Below, one piece after another: positions 1 through 10,900 of a DNA stretch of 64,000 nucleotides; position 1 is the stretch's first letter; each line of letters begins with the position of its first letter. The notes below the pieces were generated by a model that saw only the letters and a program-made list of their open reading frames with translations, was not told the origin of the DNA and ran no database searches. The position numbers and the translations under genes were made by a program. Location of the stretch: NCBI GenBank assembly GCA_013239625.1, contig MU057073.1, positions 1,101,426 through 1,165,425 of the forward strand. The letters are read 5' to 3'. The DNA is from Lama guanicoe (lineage: Eukaryota).

Positions 1-3000
1 GTGGCCTCTCCAAGCTCTTGGCTAATCCCTTCCCCAAGTCCACCCCCACCCCACCCCCGACACTGCAGGCCTAACCCACAGGAAGCCCAGCTTCTTGGCC
101 AGCCCAGGGAATTTCTTCCCGGCCCCCTCCCAGCCTCCTGGGTTTCCTGTGTGGAAACGGGGCCTGGATTCCGCCTTGGTAAACACAATATCGGGGGGAG
201 AAATCACCCTTCCAGCTTCCTGTTTGCTGGGAGCAGGCTCCAGGGCCAAGCCCCAGCCCCTGGGGTCTCCCAGTCTTACTGTCGGGGCACATGGCCGGGC
301 CTCTGCCCTTGAGACAAACATTGCCCCCCCAGGGCTGAGGGAGAGCCCCTGAGGGCCTCGAGCTCCCCAGGACCTGTGGCCAGAGGCCCCAGGGGAGTGC
401 CGTGGACCCCAAGACAGGTCGTGCACCAAGAGGCGGGCCAGCGACGGGACCAACGCCCCACCACAAACTGGCGTGGACAGAGGGAAGCCAAGGCGCCCCT
501 GCCCTCTGCTGCCCCCACCCCCAACCTCAGGAGATCGCCAGGGGCCCTGAGGGGCAGCTGGGCAAGCCAGTCGCTGAGAGGTGGCCCTTTGCTGCTTATA
601 CAGGGCCCATCACCTTAGGCTCCCCTGACTGCAGGGCTCGGGCCTCAGGGGGGCCCCACGGAGGCTGCTGCTGTGACCTCACTCCTGTTCCCAGGGGGAC
701 ATAGGTCAGGAGGGGACAGGGCCCCACGGCTGGCTTCACAGGGGCCAGAGCCCAGGAAACAGATGGCCCCGTGGGCAGAGAGGGCCTGAGGTAAGCAAAA
801 AGCTCCAGAAGGCCTCAGGCTGGTGGCCAGCTCACACATCTCCACGGCCACCATCCCCAGAACCACTGCTGCCACCATTGTGACCCCACCCTGTCAACCT
901 GCATTGCTGGGGAGGCTCAGAGGCGGCTCAGAGCGGGCTCAGAGGGCTGACCGCTCATTCTCAAAGCTCCAGGCTGTTTCTCTGGTGCCTGCAGCCCTGG
1001 GTGGGGGTCCTCATGCCCTTTGTCCAGATACAGCCCAGGAAGGCAGAGGCCGGGCTCTCCTGGGGGCTGCAGGCCCCGCCAAGCGCTCACAGTGAGGTGG
1101 GCTCAGTTCTTGCACCGCCCACCTGCCCACCTACCCTGGCTCCCACCGTTCCCAGCCACTCACTGGGCCCGCTAAGCCCCTTGCCCCTGGCCACCCAGCC
1201 CAGCCTGACCCCCACCAGGCCCCACCTCCCCATGTGGCCTCCAGGTGCCCAGGGCTGGGGCGGGCAGGGCTGGAGGAGCAGGCCTGGACTCGCAGGGTGA
1301 GTCAGGCGGGCACCTCGCCCCGGGGAGCTGGCTGGCCAGACGCCAGGCCAGCCTCAGAGGCCGTGAGAGACACCGCTTGGGTGGACTGACGCCCTTGTCC
1401 CCGCATGGCCCAAGCAGGCACCCTGCCCCGCCTGCTGGCTCCTGGGTGAGGGGGACGTCACTCCCATCCCATCTTGACTAATCCTGGCCCTCCACCAGCA
1501 GCACCCCTCTCCCTGCCCCTCCTCCAAAGAGAAGGGACACCAGAGCAGGGGCCTGAGCAGCCCCCGCCCATTCTGGGTCTCAGCTTCCCCAGATGTTCAA
1601 GGAGAAGGATGCCCAGACCCCTGGCCGGCAGTGTTACAGGGGCTACCGGGGCTGTGCTCCAGGAGCTGGGGCCAGGTGGCAGCTGCTTTCCCATCCATAA
1701 AATGGGCGTCCTTGTCCTCACCGCTGCTCCCCGCCTGGGTTCCCAGCCTGTAATGACAGGGCTGAGGGCTTTGATGGCCCAGATGAAAGGCCACCCAGGC
1801 TCCCGGGCTGGCCCCAGGACAAGCGGATCCCATCGCTAAGAGCAGGAGCCGCCCTCCCGAGCCTCCTCTGGGCTGTGGGAAGCGGGTTCCACTGGCCCCA
1901 AAGGCCAGCAGCCCGGCCTGGGCCTGTTGCACAGAGGCCCCCAGCCCAGACGAGCGCTGAGGTGTCGGGGGCAGCAAGGAGCGAGGGCGGGAGGGGGCTC
2001 CCTGGGCGAGGAACAGGCTCTGGGCCCCTCAGCGGTCAAGGGCTGGGGAGGGAGCAGGGGATTCTATGCGAAAGGAAGGAGCCCACCCAGCGTGCCCCAT
2101 GCACTGCCCATCCCCCACACAGCCCAGGTGCGGAGGTGCCGGGCATGCTGGGAGCAAGAGCACAGCCCTCACCATGGACCCCAGGCTCAGAGGCCAGCCC
2201 TGGACCCTGAGGATGGAGCCCTGACCCAACCAGACCCCAGCACTGCCCTGGTCCTCAGGACAGAGGGTCCCCTGGGCCGGGCCAGTGCCTACACAGCACG
2301 GTCAGACCCCAGATCACGGGAGCTTACAGCCAGGAGAGCTTCTCGTCCCCTTCCCTCGGATCTCAGGTCCTGAAAGGGTCCATCTCCCCACCCCCACCGA
2401 GCCCCACCACACTTGCCCTTGCCGCCTAGGATTTCCCAAATTCAAGGACAGAGAGTCAGGCTGGGTGGCATCTGGCGGGGTTCCTGCTGAGATCCAGATC
2501 TGGCCTCAGAACAGAAAGGGAGAGCCCCAGGGCAGGGTGGGGGTCCCAGGCTCCAGCTGACATGTGCCCGTAATCCCAGGGGGCCCAAAGGCCGTCCATC
2601 GACAGCAAAGGGCACGGAGGCAGCCTGGGGCAGAGGCCTCAGTGAGGGCCACCCTGTGGCCGGACCACAGAGGGCCACAACAGGCGCACAAAGGACCAGG
2701 CCTGTTCTAGTTCAAGGAGGCCCAGGGAAGCATTCTGCAAGCTGTTAAATGCTCAGTCTTGGACCTGCTCAGCCCGGCTGGGACCCTCCTGAAGGAGCAG
2801 CCTCTTCCATCCCCTCCTTCCAGCCTGTAGCAAGCACCCCCAAGCTCCCCCTGGGGCCCGGCCCTGCACCTGATGAAGGGTGCAGCGGTGACTCAGCCCC
2901 CACCCCGCCCCTGAGGGGCCCTTCGAGGCTGGGAGACCGGCAGAGACCACACAGGGTGTGCCAAGCCAGATGGAGGCAGCCCAAGGCAGCAAGGCCACCA

Positions 3001-3709
3001 ACGAGGGGCCCCCACAATCACCACCTGGAGGGTGAGTCCCAGGCATAGGGGCCACGAGAGGTGGCTGGGAGGGGCCTTGCAGCGCCGGAGCCTGGGGTGA
3101 GGGGCACCCAGACAGGGTGGAGGGAGCAGCCAGGCAACACCCAGGGCCGTCAGGTCAGGTGCCCTGAGCCAGCAGAAAGGTGCAGAGTAGGGAGGGTGGC
3201 TGTGCTGGGTGGGGATTCCTGCGGGCTCAGGGGTCCTGAACCTTGATGTGTCCTGGAGTGTCTGCTCCTCTGTCTCCGGGAAAGGCAGGTAGGGACAGAG
3301 GAAGGAGGCTGGGGGTACCCCAAGGGATCACCATCACCGCTGCCCTGATCTCCCAGCTAACACAACCCCCGGGAAGGAGGCCAGGAGCTCACCAGAAAAC
3401 ACTTTCCCACCAGCCCCACCCCCGCCCCTGGCTCCCTGCCTCAGCCCCCAGCCCCAGAGAGCTGGGTGACTCAAGACAGTGGCTCGAGACGGGAGACAGA
3501 AGATGGGGTTTTGAGTCCCAGTTCTCGAAGTCAGTCTTCTCTCGTCTGCAGGACCGGTCCCTGTAGGGGCTGCTGTAGGGTTTGTGGGCAGAAGGGTCCC
3601 CTGTTCTCCCCGAAGCCCTCGGACCCCGTGAACACGTCCCTCCCACGTTTTGCATCCCTCTGGCCCCAGGACCCTCGGAGGACAGCATGTCCAGTGAATC
3701 CAAGAGCCG

Positions 3710-4742
3710 TGTGAACAACAGGTGCATCTTTTATTCACAAATAAAAGCTGTGGCAAGAGATTATCTACACATTTGTACAAAGGCTTGGACGACCCTAGAA
3801 AATGCACAACAGTCAGAAAACAGAGCTCGCCCCTGGTCTTCATTTGGCAAGAAGTGCCTTCCGGGGACCCCCACCCTGCCCAGGCGCACCCTAGAAAGAG
3901 CCCGGCCTGAGCGACACCTTCCATAGAAAACCATAAAAACATAGATCATTTGTCTTCAAATTCCCACTGCAAATACCGCATTTATAGGCAAAATGATATA
4001 AAAATATGAACCTAACAGAATGTTTACAAAACCCTCATTCCCTCATCTTCTATTTGTTTTGTTTTTTGCTTGTGGTTTTGGTAAGAATTCCTGCCGTGGA
4101 AGAAGGCGCCACGTGCCTTCGACTCAGCCCTTGGGCACTGCCCTCCCGGTCTTGGGTGAGGGAGGGTCGGCCACCTCTGCCGGAAGACCCCACTGGCTCG
4201 ATCTGTGGAGAGAACTACACGCGGCCCCAGGGCCCAGAGACCCCTAAGACAGGCCCTGCCGAGAGGAAACACTGTAAAGGAAAAGTGATCCTGAGCCCTA
4301 AGACAGGCCCGGTGAGCCCAGGGCTGTTCTGCTACACGAAACTGCTTGGCTGCTAAAAGAAAGGCAAGATCAGCTCAAACAGCTGACTCCACCACCCCCA
4401 GAGCCACGGCCCCACCCAGGCCGCAGCCCCGCACACACCGTCTGCTGGTGTCTCGAGTCCTCAGCACCAAATGCAATAAGGAAAGAAGTCCAGTCCAAGG
4501 TTAAAGGCACTTGCGTTGCTGTCTGGGAGGCGACAGTCCTCCCGTCTCCTGCACGCTCGCTCTTCCGTCTGGGCCGCTTGGCCGGCCCCTCGCCGCCCCA
4601 CGCTCCATCGCGCCCAAGACCCCCAGTCCTGCACCAGACCCTCTGCATCCTCGTCCCTCCAACCCCCGCCACATTCTCACTCCATCCCACGTCCTGTCCT
4701 CGAGCCCCTGACGTCCCCTCCCCCGTGTCTCGGTGCCCAGCC
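3710..4742 (-). other. KIF26A: KIF26A 3' UTR (end approximate)
   Basis: Lies between the stop codon and AATAAA; the distal part is U-rich with UGUA motifs. Confidence 0.8.
3730..3735 (-). terminator. KIF26A polyadenylation signal AATAAA
   Basis: + strand tttatt; upstream UGUA elements (about 3762-3780) and a downstream TGTTGTTC GU-rich tract on the minus strand. Confidence 0.85.
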
Positions 4743-4924
4743 TCAGACGTCCACCTCCTGTAGCCCTGGGGCGGCAGCCGAGGGGGTGACACTAATGTCA
4801 AAGCAGGTGACCATCATGACGTGGGCCTTGCACAGGTTCACACACTGCTCCAGGGCGGCCGTGGTGCGCTCCAGGGCCTCCAGGTATTCAGCCGACTCAG
4901 GCTCCAGCTCAGGGTCCACCTCGA
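4743..4924 (-). CDS. KIF26A: KIF26A exon 15 coding part (FEVDPELE...GLQEVDV*)
   Basis: Acceptor CAG|TC, TGA at 4745-4743. Confidence 0.96.
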
Positions 4925-7900
4925 CTGAGGAAGGACCGCAAACAGCTGGTCAGGGCGGGGCCCCCCAGGGCCAAGAAAATGCTTCTCCCCCTCCCAGCTT
5001 CTGGGCCCTTGCCAGGGTAGAGGCAAAGTGGCTGGATTGGGGGCGCAGGGTGGGCAAGGGAGCCAGGGCAGGGCGTGGAGTCTGGGGTCCCACAAGCCTG
5101 CACCTTCCCCGGGTGGGTGGGGGACTCACACTGCTCCAGCCAGCGTCCAGGCTCCACCATCAGCCGGCCCTGGGTCTCTGCCAGCTCCTCGCACAGCAGC
5201 TCGTGCCTCGCGCGCACCTCCCGCAGCCGCTGCTGCCTGCGCTCGGCCAGCCGCAGCTGCGCACTGATGCCCACCGGGCCCTGGGCGGCAGGGGACAGGC
5301 AGGGGTGGGCTTGGGCACGGAGGACAGCTTGCCACCAGGGGCTCCCAGCACCCTTGCCCCCAGCCTCCACCATGAGCCTCCCTCCATCCTCCGGGCCTGG
5401 ACAGGCACGCCCGGGAGCCTCAAAGGTGGGCCAGGATAGGACCTGGGCCCCCACGGGTGAGAGGGCACCATGGTGGGAACGTCCCCACCAGGCACAACTC
5501 AGGGGACAACAGCGGTGGCCTCAGGACCCAAGAGCCATCCACTCTCTGCCCAAGGCACCATCGGGAGACACCATAGGCTCAGGGCCAAGAAGGGCCAATT
5601 CCTACCTTCTCGGGGTCCTGGGAGGGCTGTGGACAAGAGGGGAAGGTGCAGTCAGCAGGCTGCCCGGCCACAGCCCTGGATCCACCCTGCCCTTCAGGGC
5701 CTCCCATCACCAGACAGCTCCAGTCCCCCAGCCGGCTGCCGGCCCTGACCTCGGCCGGGTCCTCCCTGGGGGGAGGACGGTGCCGCTGCAGGCGCTCCAC
5801 GTCATCGATCTCGTACACCTTGATCTCGAAGGGTTCCTTCAGCGAGCCGGGCGGGGGCAGGTCCACCCACTGCCCAGGGAGGCTGGGCTTGCGGCCCAGG
5901 GCCGCGGCATCGGGCAGCGGGGCCGGGATCAGCCGTCGCCGCTGCAGACCTGGAACAGAGAGCCGGGCGCCGAGTGAGCAGAAGCTGCACCCCAACCCCA
6001 GGTCCTACTCCCCGGCCAGGAGCCGCAATCGGAGCCAGGCCAGGGAGACAGCACAGGGGCCCAACTCAGAAGTGCTCAGCCTGGCGCTGGCTGGGAGCCC
6101 TGGCCACCTGTGCCCCGTGGAGCAGACAGCAGACTCGTCCCCTAGTCCCTGAGCCAGCCACCTCTTGCCTGCAGAGCCACACCAGCCTCCCCGAACACTA
6201 GCAGCCTCACAGTCAGCCCTCCAACACCCTAGCTCGTCACACTGTGTCCTAACTCACCACCGTCCCCTGTTCCCACTGCACCCAAGACAGACCCCTGAGC
6301 CAGGCCCACACTGGCACCCCCGCCCACACCTCCCGAGGTCCCCCTCCCTGCTCCTCAGGTGGGCCTCCAGCTTTCCCACCCCAGCCTTGATCCCAGGGTG
6401 CACCTGCCCCTCCTACACATCAGCCCGTGACCTAATCCCCCCAACCACACAGCATGAGAAACAGGCCCACCCTACCCAGGTCCCCAGAGACAAGGGTCCC
6501 GGGCATGGCGGCGGGAGCAGCCCTGCAGGGGGCTTCCAGGCAGCTGGGCACTAGGCCGGGAGGGCAGCGGGTTTGGTGCCCCCACACCAAGTCCCCTCCT
6601 GTGCGGACTCGTCCCTGCCAGCCTTCTCTAACGGGGATGGAGACCAGCCTCTGGGGCAGTGTGTTTATAAACTGTAGAGGGCTGCGCACACCTGCACACT
6701 GAAAAGCCCAGGCCCGTTTGTGAACCTGTCAAGGGCTGCGTGCATCTGGGGTCCGTGAAGGTCATGCCCAGCTGTGCAGGGTCCCCAGTTCTGGGAGCAG
6801 CAGGGGTGCGCCCCACCCACCTGTGGCCCTCTTCTTGGGGGACTTGAGGCTGCGGGCGCGGGCGCCCGGGGAGGCAGCCCCACTATCACTCATGGAGTCA
6901 GGGGCGGAGGAGGCGCTGCCGGTGGCCTCGCTGTCGCGCATCATGCTCTCGTAGCCGCTGCTGCCGCCGCTGTGGCAGAAGAGGGCAGTGCGGCCCATGG
7001 CGGGAGGGAGCTCCCCACTCAGCACGCTGCTGTTGTCACTGCCGTGGCCGCTGCTGTAGCGCTGGGGCCGCCGCGGGGCAGTCACCTTGCTGTAAGGAGA
7101 GGGCAGAGCCGGGCCCGCGGGCGGCCGCTCCTCGGCCACGTTCACGCCACTGTCGTTGCCGCTGTCCGAATGCCGCCGCTGTGGCAGAAGAGCGCAGTGC
7201 GGCCCATGGCGGGAGGGAGCTCCCCACTCAGCACGCTGCTGTTGTCACTGCCGTGGCCGCTGCTGTAGCGCTGGGGCCGCCGCGGGGCAGTCACCTTGCT
7301 GTAAGGAGAGGGCAGAGCCGGGCCCGCGGGCGGCCGCTCCTCGGCCACGTTCACGCCACTGTCGTTGCCGCTGTCCGAGTCGGCCGAGCCCCACGAGGGG
7401 CCGCCTCGGCCTCGGGCTCCGCTGGCCGCCAGCTCGTTGACGCGGCTGTGGGCAGCCCGGAGCGCCTGCTTTGTGCCCATGACAGTGCCCCGGCTGGCTC
7501 TGGCCCCAGCGCCCGGCACCGCCCGGGGGGTGACCCTGGGACCCATCACAGGGCCACCAGAGCTCCTGCCGGCTACAGGGCCCAGCAGCTTCACCGAAGT
7601 ACCAGGAGCCCTGGACCCGCCAGCCACTAGGCTGCGGCCCTTGCTTCCACTGGCGGGGGGCTTGGGGACCCCCACGGCCTTGACCGGGCTGCTCCTACAG
7701 GCAGAAGCAGGCAAGGGTGTGGGGCTGGTGGGAGGCACACCCAACCTAGGCACAGCCCGGGCTGGCCTCCCGGGGCCTTCCCTGGCCTTGCTGCTGTGCA
7801 CCAGGCCCTCACACCGCTCCAGAGATCCGTGGGTGGCAGGACGGCTCACCGCCTCTGGCTTGCCAGCCCGGGATTTCAGGCTGGACGTGGCCCTGGGGAC

Positions 7901-10900
7901 GGAGTGGTCAGTCCGGCCGCTGGGCCTGGCCTCCCCCTCCCCTCGGAGGAGGGCGGAAGCCCCAGCCCAAACCAGGCCCCCGGCCTGGGGAAGGGCCACG
8001 GCCGGGCCACTCTTGTGCTCCAGGCTGGACTTGCGCACAGGCGGGGCAGGGGGGGCCACCCCGCTAGGCTTCAGACAGAGGCCCCCTTTGGGAGCCACAT
8101 TCTTCCTGCTGCAGGAGGCAGCCTTCAGGCTGGCCAAGCAGGCCACTGCCTCGACTGGGGCATCCCCAAAGGATGCGGAGGGCGTGGTCACACCCAGCGT
8201 AGTGGCCCCCCTCCGCAGCGGTGGGATCTGAGCCACGGCCTCAGGTCTGTGGACTGCTCTGGATAGCTCACAGCCATCCACCACCCTCCGGGCACAAGCT
8301 AGCACTGGGGCCGGGCTGGGGGCCCTGCTAGCAGAGGCCAGGTGGAGCGAACCACCTTCGTCTGCCCGGAGCATCCAAGGGTCCTCGAAGAGGCCTCCAG
8401 GGCCAGGTGGGCCTGGGGCCAGGCGAGGACAGCCCACACGATCGGCCACTGAGGTAGTTCTCGGTTTCCGGGGAAGGCTGGAGTGGATAGTTTGTGCTAG
8501 GGCTGCCCCCCGGGGAGACACAGGCTGGGGCTCCTGGCCAGGTCGGGTGGGAGCTGCTGCCGCCTGCTCCCCGGGAGGAGGACTCAGGGCAGGGGCCGGG
8601 CTGCCCGGGCAGCGGTGCTCTGCAAGCTGGAAGCTGCTGTCCTCCAGGGAGTCCTCCAGGAGCAGGGGGCCAAGAGCCTCAGGCCCTGCTGACGAGTCAG
8701 GGCTGCAGAGGTCTGGGCTGGCCCGCAAGGGAGGGTGTGGCGCCAGGCCCAGGCTGTCGGCCGTGCAGACGTCGGCCGTGCTGTCCGGGGACCCGCCGGG
8801 GGCCTGGGAGGTTTGGGCGTCGAACTCGTCATTCATGCTGCTGATGATGCTGACCGGCCGTGAGCCCGAGGCCAGGGCCCGCAGGGAGCAGTCACTGCCA
8901 AAGCTGGCCAGGCTGGCAGGACGCCCGGGGCCAGCAAGGCCCCCCAGGCTCAGCTCCTCCACCAGTGTGAACACCAGCTCGTCCTCGCCGTTGAGCTCCA
9001 CGGGCTGCTGCAGGGTCACCGTGGTGGTCAGCAGGCCCCGCTCCAGGCGGTGGCCGCGTGCTGGTGAGCAGGGGCAGCCCACCTGCCCACTCATGCCCAC
9101 GGGGGGCGTCCGTACCACAGCCTCGGCTCCCCCGGGGTCCTCCAGGGCTCTGCCAGCTTCTGGCTGCCGAGGTGGGGGTGGGGCCGGGCTGGGGAGCGGC
9201 CTCCACCCCCCAGCCCCTGTGGCCTTGTCCGACGCAGGCAGCTCAGGCCTGGTGCTGTCCTCCCTCTGGTCCCCACCAGCCCTGGAGGGTTCTGGGCCAC
9301 CCCGGCGGGCGTCTGAGCCAGGGCTGCTGCGGGGTGTGCTGGCAGCCAGCAGAGAGCCCACCGCCTTCCTGGGGGCCACAGCCTCAGGCGGCGAGGGCTT
9401 CCTGCTGCCGTGGGCCAGGCTGGCCTGGGCCCCGTCGACTCTGCCCGGGGCTCCCGATGGGCCCTCACTGCCGTCGATGCGGCCCAGCAGCCCCTGCAGC
9501 TCTGCGAAGGTGCTGCAGCGGAAGTGGTCGGCGTCTGGCGGGCCTTCGGAGGGCCGGTGGTGGCTCAGGGCCGGGATGATGGGCACAAAGTCAGGCGGGC
9601 CCTCGTTGTCAGTGAGCTCGCGGTCCGACAGCGCGGTCCCACCAGGCCCCACGTAGATGACTGTGTCGCAGGACTGGTCGCTGCTGGATGAATAGTCGGG
9701 GTCGCCGGGCGAGCTAGGGGCCAGGCGGTCAGGGTCTGGGGCCACTGAGCGGGGGTGGAAAGGTCGCAGGTGCGGCGGCCGGCGGGCTCGGCCTTCCTCA
9801 CAGGAGCTGTCCCCACCCGAGGAGCTGGATGTGCACTGGGGACAGAGGAGGCCCACCTGAGCAGCCGGCTCTGCCCGGCCCGTCTTCCCCTGCGCCACCA
9901 GCCACAGACACCACATCCCAGTGAAGGAAATGACAGCGGCCACCCCCAGCACGCCCCACCACACACGGGAACAGCATGAAAGGTCTAAGGCGCTGAACAC
10001 AGCCTGCTCTCAGCAACCAAGGAAGCAGCAAGCTGCCTCGCAGGGAGGGGAAAACGCTCACCCGCGGCATATGGCGCATATAAGCACAAATCCAGGATTC
10101 AGACCCAGGGCTGCTGGACCCCTTAAGTCCACTCTCCAGCCCCACTGAGGGCTGCCCCAGGCGTGCCTTGCTGGACCAGGCCTGGGAGGTGTACAGGCCA
10201 CGGGGGTCCCACCAGGCGGCCCTGACCACGTGCCCACCCCAGGCCAGGCAGACAGAGACCAGGCATTCACAACCCCCAGTATGAGCAGGTCCAGCTCTGC
10301 TCAGGGCATCCAGGCGACCTTGGTCACAGCCCCTCCACCTCCTCCAGGCAGGGCCACAACGGTGCAGCCCTGACACCCCAGGGCACTCAGGAAGTCTGAC
10401 CAGGGCTGGGTACCTGGCATCCCCACCTTTGAGCAGGGCCTGAGGAAGCCGCCTGGAGGGCCCTCCAGGCAGGGAAGAGGCAGGAACTAACCTTGGGAGA
10501 GGAAGGTGGAACTAACCTTGACCTTCTTCCTGCGCAGGCGGTGGATGCGGGCTGCCAGCTGCACGGTGCTGAGTGTCTCCGCATGGCTGGCCGGCGCATC
10601 AGAGACATGGGCGATCATGGTAGTGCGGCAGCTGGGGGTGGCCAGGGACTCCCGCAGCAGCGTGGTGAGCCTGTGCTCCCTGGGGGCCAGCGGGGCAGGG
10701 GGTCAGGGTGGGAGGCTGGGCGAGGGGCTGCTGCAAGGCTGGAGGGAGGCAGGCAGGCCCCTTGCTGGACCAAGGCTGTGCTGGAGCCCTGGGGTCAGGT
10801 CTGGTACCCACATCTTTCCCCAGCCCCCTGGACGCTGGAACCACCCCACCTCCACCAGCAAGGACGGCAAGCCCCTTCGGGTGATGGAGGAACAAAGATT

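Noticed and set aside
1-3700. Many short ORFs downstream of KIF26A
   Set aside because: No recognisable protein or consistent exon structure; ordinary GC-rich intergenic DNA.
3710-4742. miR-203 targeting its neighbour KIF26A
   Set aside because: I found no CATTTCA seed match in the 3' UTR.
7365-9656. Long antisense ORFs (288 and 369 aa) opposite exon 12
   Set aside because: Shadow ORFs caused by GC-rich codon usage on the coding strand.
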